Shown here one piece after another: positions 39,080-51,587 of a stretch of DNA of 64,000 bases. Position numbers and translations under genes: made by a program. The notes under the pieces are model-generated. The model saw only the letters and a program-made list of their open reading frames with translations. It did not search any database and was not told the DNA's origin. This DNA comes from Yuukianura sp. NJ FZ-2021 (taxonomy: Eukaryota), in contig CM102290.1 of NCBI GenBank assembly GCA_046563655.1, positions 11,470,001 to 11,534,000 of the forward strand, written 5' to 3'. How positions within the stretch are numbered: the first letter of the stretch is position 1; every line of letters starts with the position of its first letter.

Positions 39080-42000
39080 TTAGAAGGCTGTCGTGTTTTG
39101 ATGCAGGGTAAAACACCCAGTTCCAACAGCCGTAGGTTTGCCCACAACCAACCGTGCCGACGGATTTTGTAAGTCGTCACGCTTTCCTAAATGAAAAATA
39201 GTCAATTAAAAATTGGATAAAATGGTAGATAATCTTTGACTAATGAGTTCGACTAAAGATAAGCTAAGTTTTCAGAAAATCAGCGAGGGAAAAATTCCAG
39301 TGACGAGCGGCTCACTCTCTCGAACGTAAAAAGTAAAAAAGTAAAAACGTAAGTACACAAAGTAAAAAGTGTGAAAGAGTAAACAACTCACCTCCAAGTG
39401 TAGCGTCTTTCAAGAAGCTGACTACTGTTTCAAAGCTCATTTGGTGGAGCGGACTTGCTGAAGACTCAATTCCAAATCGATTAAATGGTCTGTACGTCCC
39501 AGAAGAAGTCATGTAGTCAGCAATCAGCGTAAGATGACGCCTGTCCAGTGCAATTCCATAGGCTTTGAACACATCAGTCATTTCCTGGAAAATCAGTCAC
39601 AAATGAAAATTTGAGGAAAAACGAAAAGCTGTAAAAAGAATTCTAGTTTTCTTACTCGAACAATGACACGTGAAGCTGCTTCAATTCCGTAATGCTGAGC
39701 CATGATATGGATGTTGTTGCAGTAGAGTCGGTTCAAGTCCAGGAGATTCCGGTAGCCAGCCATGGCCAGAATATTGATGCCTTCTGTCTTGAGAACGAGT
39801 GGTTCTTTTTTCCCGCCCATCACAAAGGCACGACTAATGTCCTTGACTTGATGAATAATTCCCTTCCCTGCCTCAATCTTCAGAATTGAACTCATGTTTA
39901 TTCTTTCTCCTACCAGAGGAACCTGGAAGTCAAAATCGATATAGTACTTCTATTAAGCAACATTTTCTAAAACTAGAAACTAGTTCATTCTAATACCTTG
40001 AGTTTCAGTACGCATCTTTCCTCGTTGACACGGTCAAAGTCATAGTCATCAACCATTGTGTCCATGGCCACAACTGTAGAAACACGAGTTCCATACGACT
40101 CATTTGACACACGGAAGTTTTCAGCGTCCTGAAACATTACAAACCGAAAATTGCAACTAATATAAAACAAAACAAAAATCAAAATCATACAAAATTTTTT
40201 TGCAAAATGACCTCATTCAGTCCTTGATCTCCTTCTCCTTCTGGAGCTTCGGCTTCAGCCCGCTCTTCCTCGTCTTCGTCTACGTCAGCCACTGAACCAA
40301 ACAATTTTTAGATTGTTTTTCGGTAAAGTAGTCTTTTCGATTAAATTGAAATTTCGAAAATCGGCTTACCATCTTTAATTTGTTCCTCATCTTCAGGGGC
40401 ATCATACTCTGCTTCAGTTTGTTTAGCTTTGCGTCTATTCTGAGTCGCATCAGCGTCATCTGCATCTTGCTCTTCATCTGAACTCTCATGTCCTTCCCCC
40501 ATGCCCATCCTCTCCACTTCTTCGTAAGTATCTTTCGTCTTTTGTGGTTCTTCATCATCATCATCCCCATCATTGTCTTTCGTTTTCCAGCGTCCCTTTC
40601 GACTCTCTTTTTCATCCACAAGAGGAGCCCTATTCATTTTAGACTGACGACGAATTGCTGGAATCAAGCGACTACGTAGAAATCCTCTTTCAAAGTATTT
40701 CAGAACATGGGATGGAGTCACAGCAAAGTTTTTCTTGTACTCAGATCCTGCTAGGAATTTAAAAGTTAACTTAATAAGGCGGTAGCCCTCACGCAAGTCT
40801 AGACTCTCTTCGACGTCAACTTCTTGTAAAACTTGAGACAAAGTGACACGCGTCAACTTCAATCTAAGCTGTTCTGCCTGTTTTTCCTTGACGTGTGGCA
40901 AAAATGGAATGTCCATGCTAGGAGTCTTGATATTGGCGGATGCCACCATGAGGATTTCTCTCAACCGAGGAATTCCCAGTGTCACGTTCATTTCACCACG
41001 ACCAGCAAAATGAAAAGTGTTGAGTGTCATTTGAGTTGAAGGTTCTCCAATAGACTGTCAAAAAACAAACATCAATTTGGCCTTACTAGTATGAAAACTC
41101 CTACAACAGGAAGACATGTGCTGTAAACATACCTGACCGGCAAGAACTCCCACAGCATCTCCAGGAGTACTCAGAGCTCTCATGGCTTTATAGTAAAGAA
41201 CTTCCTTTAGTTTTCTCTTTTGCTTCTTACTCGACCTGCCCATGCCATCCGTAAAGTCGTCAGCAAGTTCCTCCAGCACCTCAGATATTGCACCATAATT
41301 TGAATCTGGCTTCAGACGACTCAAAATCGGATCTGGACAGCCACCACCCAAAACTTCATACCTTCATTTCAAATTTCAACACATTGGAATAAACCATTCT
41401 TTTGCGTAAGAAGATACAAAAATCGACTCACTTTTCGCGAGTCCATGAATCCAGACTTCTCCAAGCTCGAATGAGTGTTTCAGCCTTGTGCTCTCGTCCA
41501 GTAACTGTATTGAATCCTTTTATTTTCTGTAGCTTTGGGTCATCAGCCATCTCTTGGAAGAACTTCAGAGATGGACTCATTCGCCTCTTCTCCAGTGGAG
41601 TTCCATTGGTAGCTTTCCAACTCGATAGCTGCGAAGTAGAAAAGACAAAAACTGTTCAGTGATGCTTGTTTTTATCGATAGTATTAAATCTCGATTTTAT
41701 TTTCCATACCTTCACATTATGTTTCTTGACAGCTTTAGAATCTCCAAGACTTTTGACAGCTTCCATGGTCTTAGGATTTAGGATACAATTGACATTCTCC
41801 AACAGGAAATCCAGGAGTTTCTTTTTCAAAAACTGAGACTTGCATACATCTAGTCCATCTTCACCATACAGGAACTAAACAAAAGTTACAACTTATACAA
41901 ACCAAAACGATTGTCTAACAAAGTATTGAATGAGGAGACTCTCTTACCTGAATAACTGTTCCGTCACTGTCACGCACAGTTCCGTCATATTGAGTGACAA

Positions 42001-45000
42001 GTCCTTCCAGTAACTTTACTAAACATCGCTGCAAGTATCCACTCCGACTTGTCTTCACAGCTGTATCGATGAGACCCTGCAGAAACCAAGGTTAAATCGA
42101 ACTCTCCGGTAGAACATTTCAACAAGTACCGAATTTAGTACCGTAAAACTTCTAATAAACGACTATCTCAAACAAGCGTTTTATTAAACGCCGCAAGGTT
42201 CACCCCAGACTTAAAAAATAAACGCCGGGGATAAAAGCTGATATTTTGAATACACAGGCGGGCGGTTATTAGAAGTTTTACGGTAATAATATTTTACTTC
42301 AGTTATAAACTTACTTCACGCCCAGCCATACAATGGAAAAAGAACTCCTGTGGTTGAATTCCCGTCAAGAAGCGTCCAGCAATGTATCCGCCTGCTCTTG
42401 GTGAAACGTCGTAAGCCTTGAAACTTGGAAGAGACTTTCCGGACACAGTGAGTGGAGGTCGCTTCCCTTCCAATTCAATTTGACCCAGCAAACATGACAT
42501 TTGCATTGTATTTACTGTAGAACCTTTTGCTCCAGACTGAACCAGTAACTGAAGATTGTTTGATGGAAAAATTGTGACGAGACCGTAAGGAAGGCAAGCT
42601 CTGTTGAGATGAAACCAAAATTTAAAAAAAAACTTCTAAAAATCAAAAACATGCTTTTACTAACTCACCTATTTATTTTATTTGTGTAGCCGTCTAGAAC
42701 TGATTTATAGGCCTGATCAACTCGAGCTCTGGCCTTAGGATCGCTTGAGCGATGAACACTTTCCAACTGTTGCTGCAACAACTCCGCAGAAGTGTCTTTT
42801 GCAATACCAACACCTTGTGCAGCGGCAGTTGATCCGACGTGTGTTGTCTCCTTCATAAAACCTCTTCGAAGCTTGTCGGCACTTGACTTCACGAGGACAT
42901 CCTTTACACCCAGAGTGAAGCCCTCCCATTGTAAGAAATTCGTCATTAGCCGAGAAATTGCACTCAAGAGGGCTCCAACAGATTCACTTCCATAGAGTTC
43001 AAAGAAACTGTGACAGAGACCATACGGAGTGGCTCCCAAGTGAACCTTGTCCAAAACTCCAGAAATGAGATGCCCATGACGAAAAATAACCAACGATTCT
43101 GACATTTCATCCGAGTGAAATCCGTTTCCAATTTTACAGAATCTGGCGTCTGTTTGTCTCCATTCCTAAACAAGATTAGAAAAAAAATGAGCAATGTTTT
43201 CTTTATAAAATTAGCAACGTTTTTCAAAAAATCTAAGTGTTTATAACTTACATCAGACTTAATTTTGGCCGAAGAAGTGAAAGTAAGTGGAACGCTGTCT
43301 TTGGGAACCAAGTTGATGAGAACAGTAGAAATTACTTGTTTTCCAGACCAAAGCATTTGAGGTTTCAAAATCGCTGGTGGTTCGGTAATGATGTGCTTTG
43401 AGTAACTTCCAAGAGCAAAAAACACTAGTTGATGGTAGTCTTCACGTGTAAAAAATCGGCCACGAATTGTCATTCGAACAGCAGCTACAACGTGATCTTG
43501 AATCAAACCTCCAAGGGGAGTACCGTCTTTAGGAACTAAGAAATTGCTGGAAACGTTTACTGCAAGAAAAAAAGTATAAAAAATGAGTGAGTTTTTCCCA
43601 GTCGAGTGATAGGGGAAATTAGAATATTTCAGTACAAAGTTCAAATGCGTACCGATATTTGAAGCTTCACTTCTTCCAAGCTCAGTCTGTGGAAAGTGAG
43701 CATTCATTTCATCTCCGTCGAAATCGGCATTGTAGTGCTTACAGTTGGCGTAGTGTAGACGGAAAACTTTATCACCATAAAGAACGCGAGCTCTGAAATT
43801 TAAAACAAAGCACTCACGATCAAACCAAAAACTAAAAGATAGAAAATGAGAAACAATGTTACTTGTGAGCCATTATAGACGGACGATGGAGTGAAGGTTG
43901 TCGGTTGAGCAGAAGTCTGTCTCCATTTTGAAGATGTCTGTACACAATTTTGGTTCCAAAGAAAGTCCGAGTTCCTGTCTGGTCCGGTACGAGCAGACGA
44001 GCTGCAACTCCTTGCCTTTGAGCCAAATCATTCGGACTGAGTTTGCACACTTGTCCTAATTCATTTTCAACAGCAACAGCTCTAAAACCAAAACAAAACT
44101 AAAATAAATGAACTCCACAATGACAATATGATATATACTATCTCTAACCCTGGATGCACATTCGGTCCAGCCAGAACCAATTTCCGGAGAGCCATGACAT
44201 TCCAGTGGGTTACACGTTCTGGATAAGTCAAAGTTTTGGCAAATAAGTCAGGAATTCCGATTTCTTCAATGTGAATGTTGGGGTCTGGTGTGATGACAGT
44301 TCGAGCAGCATGGTTGACTCGTTTTCCCATCATGTGCATGCGAAACAATCCTTCTTTTTTCTCAATCACTTGTTTCAAGCCCATGATTTGTCCGGTTGTT
44401 GAGGTCGCTAAAATATAAAAATCAAAATCAAAGTGACACTTTGAGAAATTTTGAATTTCGATTTTGAAATTTTTGAATTACGTGGTCCTTTATCCCGGTC
44501 CATGATGTGATCTACGTCAACTTGCAATTCTTTCCAGACTTCCTCCAATTTATCATTCAAAGTTTCACCCTTCATAGACTTCAATGCTTGCTAAAAATGA
44601 TCAATGAAAATGTATCAGATGAGTTATAGAATGAATAGAATATACAAATATACGATAGCTCATTTTTTAAACGCTTACCAGCAAATCCTTGCTGAGTGTC
44701 TCCTTACCACTTCGAATGGCCTGGAGAGTATAAACCATGAGAGAGGCCGAAGATGCAACATGACGTAAGGCCAAATTCTGAGGATGTTCTGTCATCATGT
44801 TGTTGAGCATTTGAGCCTAACGCAGAAAATTATTAGGCGTTGAGCAGAGACTTTAAAGTTAGGCACGACTTACTGGTCTGTTTTTTGGAGGCGGAACTGG
44901 AACGACGTGGACGAAGAAAAGATCAGTGGGATGTCGAGATTTTGTTGAAGTGAGGACGGGAAAGAGAGAGGCCAAGAAATCTCTATCGTTGAGCCAAACT

Positions 45001-46145
45001 GTACGAACATGATCCCTATTTGGGAAGAAAAAGAATTTCATCAAATTACTTAGTAATTAGTGATATTTGCTATGGTTTTCACCTTGCTTCCAACGGTGTA
45101 AGATACTTTTGGTTAGCCAGGAGAACCTTATTTCCTTTAGCATCCGGTTCATATTCTTTGTCTTTCATGACGCGAGTACCTTCTTGAAATGTATAAACAA
45201 TCTTGGACTCAAATAACGCCATTTTCTTACACACAGATCCACAGTGAGCACACTTCTTGTTCATTTTGGCATAGGACAGAATCTTCTTAATCACTGCTCG
45301 CCGCATTCTCTCTATGCTTTGGTTACTGGGTTCCGGTTCTTCTCTCCTTTGATTCGATAGAGCTGTGAAAATAAGTAGAAAAGTTACCCCAACAGTTCAA
45401 AGAAATCAAAATTTTGTCATTTTGTAGAATTAATTAACTTACGCTGAAGAACTGACGCTAAATAAGATTCAAACTTTAGTCTCATTCCCTCCGAATCATC
45501 GCTTGTCTGCTTGATCTTCTTTCCATCTTTCTCCATAGCAAGAATTTCTGTCATGATGTACTCCGTGTCTTGAGCCTCTCTTACAAGTCCAATATCGAGC
45601 AGTTTCAACTGGGTGAGACATAAGTGCTTGATTTCACCTGCAATTACAAATCCAAAATTACAAACAGAGAACATAAAACACATAATAAAAATAGACAAAA
45701 ATCGGCTTACCAGGCAGCGTTACTCCGTGACATTTAAGACAAGTGAGTCTAAAGATTTGTAGTAAAGTTTTAATAAAAAGCGGATTGATGACAGGAAGCG
45801 GTAGCTCGATATGCCCAAAATGTCCAGGGCAGAACATAATAGTTTGCTGACAAGTAGCACAGCTACTTTTTACCTCGAATGGGCCTGTTTAAAAAGAAAC
45901 GTATGAATCAGTTACGCGATTGCATTCTTTTATGTACTAAGTGAATATGATGGTTCTTTGCGTTTACCCATGTGGGGGTCGTACAGACCGCCAGGCAGAG
46001 GATGACCAAGTGTATTGAACGAAAGTGGTGTTTTAATTTCAACTACGGAAAGGGCCTTGATTTCTTCCGTCGAGTACAAACTGAAGGACAATCCATCCGT
46101 TCGACAGTGAATCGGTCCTTGATAGTTGAAAACTTTTCGCAACAT
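39080..46145 (-). CDS. POLR1A: DNA-directed RNA polymerase I largest subunit (RPA1), multi-exon
   Basis: [51 protein letters not shown], catalytic [68 protein letters not shown] (Pol I-type) and [11 protein letters not shown]. Confidence 0.97.
42141..42283. mobile_element. 143-bp MITE in a POLR1A intron, same family as 25362-25506
   Basis: TA|CCGTAAAACTTCTAATAA...TTATTAGAAGTTTTACGG|TA. Confidence 0.88.
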
Positions 46146-46902
46146 TTTTTCGCAAAACAATGTCCAAGATATTCAGTTCCGTTCCGGGTCGAAGCCTTTG
46201 ATGTCGGTGTCCGTCGACCCAGTACTTATTAAGCCTTACACGGGATCGCCTACCGCAATAAGCATAAGATCGTATTTGTAGTAATCATTTTATCTCAAAA
46301 AGTACAAAAAAGTAATTAAAAATGAAATCAACGATTAACGTAAGAATCCAAGAACGTTAAGCAATCAAAATTTACAAAAGCAGGACAACTTTTCACATTG
46401 AAATTCAAAAACATGTGTGTTTGCACGAGGAATTTATTTAATTCGCGCCAAAACTGAAGTAACAGGGTTACCTAAAAATCCGCTGCTGAAAATACAGTAC
46501 ATAATTCGACTTCTTTATGTTGCAAGCAAGTAACAAAAAAATAAGCATTTGAAAGAAATTACTTCAATGTATTCAAATAATTATTTTTTTTGTTTTAAAT
46601 TATGAGGTTTTAGTTTTTCTGAGGTTATAAACGATGTATCGTTTTTTTCAAAACATTACACACAGTCTCAACAGCTGTTTGAAACTCATAAATATAAAAG
46701 CGGGAATTTGGGAACAGATGGAACAAAAAGTAAACAAACCAAGCAAAAGCATAGTTTTTAATGCGAACGTTTATTTTCTGCTGAGTGACGATTATCAATT
46801 GAGGCCGTATTGAGCGTAAGGTTAGTTGATAAACTTTGGGGTTGAGGGAATCACAAATCGTTTAGTTAGAAAGTAGAGGTTGTCAGTAACAGGAAAGGCA
46901 CG
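46146..46902. promoter_or_regulatory. Probable bidirectional promoter region for POLR1A and GNL1
   Basis: Divergent ATGs only ~760 bp apart. Position-based inference; no TSS data. Confidence 0.55.
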
Positions 46903-49900
46903 ATGCCGAGAAAACAAGCATTTAGTGGTAAGCAAAAGAAACAGCAACTTCAAGCCAGGAAGGAAAGGAAACAAACTGCGTTCCAGAAACATCATACACA
47001 TGAGTTCCGAGATACTGATGATGGCGATGAAGAAGGTAAATGTGGATATTAATGTTTCTGGGTAGTAATAATTGTCGTTAAACCCTTGCAAGTATTTTTC
47101 AATGTGGATCTTAACTATCTTTTCAATAGAAGAGGCAAAATTCGTGGACGCGAAGGGTGATGCCGGAAGTGCTGGAGATGAACGCCAGTTTACATTCTTT
47201 GAAACTAAGCCAGTAGCAGGTCGCCACGTCGAAGTTGGAAGGTACATACAACAAATTTGAGGTTTAATTGTACATTTTTCGTGTGTGCCTTGTAATTTTT
47301 GTTTATTTTGCAGGTATGCTTTGAAGTTTCGTACAGAAAGTAAAGCTGAAATTGAGAAATTAAAAGCCGAAGCCAGACAAGTCATCCATCATGTCAATCC
47401 AGAGTACCTCGAGTGTTCAGTGGAAGATTTCTTTTCCGAAGGACTGAACTTTCCTGTACGGCCAGAATGGGACTACAACATTTCCAAAGACGTCTTGCTG
47501 GCTCAAGAACAACGCTATTTTACGGTACGTCATTGGAAATAGTTGAAAGAAAGAGTTCAACCTTCCCCTCGAAGATTTTTTGAGTTTTACATTCATATCT
47601 TAGGAATATCTCAAAGCAATCGATGAGAACTTCAAAACGTCGGAACTGAGTTACTTTGAACTCAATTTGGAAACTTGGAGACAGTTTTGGAGAGTCCTGG
47701 AAATGTCGGACATTTTATTATGTGTAGTGGACATTCGTTTTCCGGTAAAGGTTAAAATAGAGTGAATCATTTTTATGACCAACGTTTCGAAGAACGTTTC
47801 TATTTCAGGCTTTGCTGTTTCCACCTAAACTTTACGACTACTGTCAAAAAACGCTGGGAAAGAACGTGGTAGTAGTTCTCAACAAAATTGATATGGTTCC
47901 AGCTCATTTGGTTGTGGCCTGGAAAGATTATTTCCAAAAACGTTTTCCTGGTCTGCAAGTTGTATGTTTTACGTCATACGAAGGACGTGGGGGAGAAATA
48001 ACGAAGAATGAAGTCGGAATGAAGGTGGGTTTTGCCTAAATATTCCCAATGAAAATGTATCTTGTGCTTGAAATTCATTTGCATTGAAAAATTCTTCATA
48101 TAAGGATTTTATTTTCTTTGTACAGGGACGTCGTAAATTCAAGAAACTGCGAATGGCTACCGAAGGCTCATTGGAATTACTTAGGATAATTGAAGAAATC
48201 GTTGGTGGACAAGGTTAGCTTAATCTTAATAATGCGTCGTCATTACGTGAAATAACATCAAAATGCAACAAAAATCTCAACTTGAACTGTGTGGTATGAC
48301 CAGACTAGCGACCACATTGCGATTATATTGCGTTTCGGTTGTTCATAATAAAATGTCCGAGTTCCTATGCAAGAATGTTGTCATAATATTTTGGATTTAA
48401 CCGAATTCGTGTGAAAGAATGTTGTCATAATATTTTGCATTTGAGTATGATCAAGTACGAATGAATTTGATTAAGACCTGAAATACTCTTTGTTACAGTT
48501 GACTTATCATCATGGAAGGCGAAGATCATGGAGGAAAGCAAAACGGTCGTGGACGACGAAGACGAACTTGAAGTGGATACTGTTGTCACATCTGCTCCGG
48601 ACACTAGTTTCTATGAATTCAAAAAGTATAAGGACGGAATACTTACGATCGGTACCATTGGTCAGCCAAACACTGGAAAATCGTCTCTCATCAATGGGCT
48701 TATGGGCAAGAAGGCTAGTTAGCAATACTATGTTTCTTATCAGTTCCTAAACATACCTTATTAATGGTTCAAACTGTTTCATATACCTGTACTACACTAA
48801 TATTGTGCGACAGGTCGTTAGCGTGTCAAAGACTCCTGGACATACCAAGCACTTTCAAACCATTTTTCTCACTTCCAACGTACGTCTCTGTGACTGTCCT
48901 GGTCTCATCTTTCCTTCCAAGGTTCCAAAACCACTTCAGGTAAGAAATCAACTAAGGCAAAACTAGTTCAACGATTAACCGAAATGTTTGAATATACTTC
49001 GATGAATGGAACTGAACGATTTGAAGTTTTTTATAGGTTCTCTGTGGCAGTTACCCGATAGCTCAACTCCGAGAACCATTCTCTACGATCAAATATTTGG
49101 CAGAACGAATTCAGCTGGCAAGTATGCTCAAGATTACACACCCAGAAGGAGGTCGAGAATGGTCAGCATTTGACATCACGGATGGTAGGAACTAAGAAGT
49201 AGCATTTAAACTATTGCCTGTCGATTAGAAAACTGAAGAGTTATTCTCAAACAGAACATAAAACCATACCTTATGCTATGTACCGTAGTAGGAATAGCTT
49301 ACTATGTTATGTAATATAAAAATGATAGTATACCTTGTAAACTATCATTTTCATTTGTATACCTTTGTATACTCAAGGTATTCAAAGTATACCTTGAGGC
49401 CGGAGTATGGTTTTTGAGAGGCCAGAGTATGGTTTTTGAGAATTGAGATGAAGGCTGTACCAACAAACATAAGTAATCTCTTTAAAACATACAAAGGTTA
49501 TCATGTTATGTATTGTTTTAGATTTTGCGAATAACATAACCTAATTGTTTGTATCTACTAAGGCTGGGCTGAGAAGAAAGGCTACCATACGGCTAAAACG
49601 TCAAGGCTCGACTCGTACCGTGCCGCTAACCAAATTTTACGACTAGCTCTCGAAGGCAGAATAGTCCTTGCTCTACGTCCTCCGGGATACACGAAAAATG
49701 AAGGTTAATCAAACACTAACTACGCTATAATATTACTACATATGAACGACATCACACTAATCAGCTGGACCACCTTACTTGTTTCAGGTACTTGGAGAAG
49801 TGACAGTCGTGTGGCAGCGATTGAGGCTATGAACAGTGGCAAGGTTAAGCAGAATGACCACGACGGTGATGACTTATCGGAAGAAGAGGATTCAGACGGA

Positions 49901-50017
49901 TCGGAAACTGATGACGACGGAAAAGATGAAGAAGGGTCTGAAGGAGAGAGTGCTAAGGGCTCCTTCATCGCTACAACCAAGTCCTCCTTCGCCCTTCTGT
50001 CTGAAGATGACGCCTAA
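46903..50017 (+). CDS. GNL1: Guanine nucleotide-binding protein-like 1 (circularly permuted YlqF/YawG-family GTPase), multi-exon
   Basis: Start MPRKQAFSGKQKKQQLQ. SYFELNLETWRQFWRVLEMSDI. G4 NKID precedes G1 GQPNTGKSS, G2 SKTPGHTKHFQT and G3 DCPGL. Acidic C-terminal tail. Confidence 0.94.
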
Positions 50018-50363
50018 AGCTTACCAAGAACAAACATTGAAAGGATTTCCAGTCGTACACTCCGCAGTTCCATCGGTTCTACCGTAGAATTATACTCAAG
50101 AATTGGCTGTATTAGGCAGAAATAGTGCTAAAATCATCTTTATCTCGGCTTCTAATGCTAAAAATTTACATGATTAATTGGTTCAGATTAGAAAATTGGA
50201 ATGTTACATTAACTGTTTAACTCTTCAGAAAAGACAAGGTTACGTTACTCATAATTGTAAACAAGAATGCTAAAAAACTGGAACTGTGAAGAAATGCTCT
50301 GCATGCTTATGTAAGTTGGTTCGGTTCGGTTAGGAACTTTTTTGTGACGGTAACAATGTTGGC

Positions 50364-50786
50364 TCATTCCTCCCTATCAGCAGTAACGACTCGGATATCG
50401 TTGATGAGTTCTTCAATCTCTGCAAATAATTCTGGATGGAGCTCCTTCAATTCATATTCTCGCATGAATGAGCTGGTCACCACGCCTCCGACGTTCTTTC
50501 GCAAATGGATGACAACCCATCCCCATATGAAGATGACCTTCTCAACCACAGTGGCTCCCTCCTCGACTTCATCTTGAGGTGATCTCAGGTCACAAACCAG
50601 GGTCTATCAATAACCAAAGCGACATTATGTACTGATTAGTTAACAGTTACATGACACACATGATTACGATTAACAACTGCCCGAATTCTCAGTATTTTAT
50701 GGATTACTTCATACATAAGAACGGCATACTCAAGTCCTACTTATGAACAAGTATGTGGTTGATATTACCATTGCAAGCAGATCCAT
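50364..50786 (-). CDS. Candidate small two-exon orphan gene (85 aa); exons 50786-50769 and 50603-50364
   Basis: ATGGATCTGCTTGCAATG|GTAATA ... TTGATAG|ACCCTG splices in frame: MDLLAM TLVCDLRSPQDEVEEGATVVEKVIFIWGWVVIHLRKNVGGVVTSSFMREYELKELHPELFAEIEELINDIRVVTADREE*. No family recognised with confidence. Confidence 0.5.
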
Positions 50787-51587
50787 AGGTAGTAGTAGGA
50801 CAGTGATTAGGATACGAAATACAGATGGACGGATGCGAATGGAGTACTTTGAGACGAATCAAGTAAGTAATCAAGTTTCCAGGTAAGTTAACAACAATTA
50901 GCGACGATGAACACGATTAATTGAGACTCAGTCGACCAAAATTCAAAGACAAAGGACAAGGAGCAGCAAAAGTAGCAAAAGTAGCAAAAGAGGGAACAAA
51001 GAAAGTTGAATGACCTCCATTTCCGCAGAAGATGCGTGGATGCATGTATGGATGAAGAGGATTTGGCAACCCTGGCGTAGTTATTACTCCCGAAAATCAC
51101 AATTGCTGTTTCAATAACCGAATTTTCAAAAACTTCACATTTTTGAAACCAAAAAATAGAAACAGGATTGTTTCGTTTAAAACAAAATTTTTAAACTCAG
51201 GTTGGATGTAAAGATGTAATAAAAATGCTTAGATGATAACCAAGATTAGGGTAACTTTAGTGGAAATGTAAGTGAAAAGTTACGAATGCACTATTGTACT
51301 ATGTATTATCAAAAGTTCTTTTAGAAAACTCAAATTTTATTAATCTTGACGATTTTTTTTTCCGAACAGTGATTATTTGTAAGTTTTGAGAACTTACTGA
51401 TTTTTAGTTTGAGTAAACTTGGTAAGATGTTAGGTTTAGCTATTGGGTTTAGGAGCTTAGGGGTCAACCCGACAAGAAAATGATAACTTTCCATGGATAG
51501 GGAGTTCGTAGCGATGATGACGCTAGTTGCGTTGTCACACAATTGGCACCAGTACTGAGGTCAAAAGTTACGCATGACCTTGGCCCT

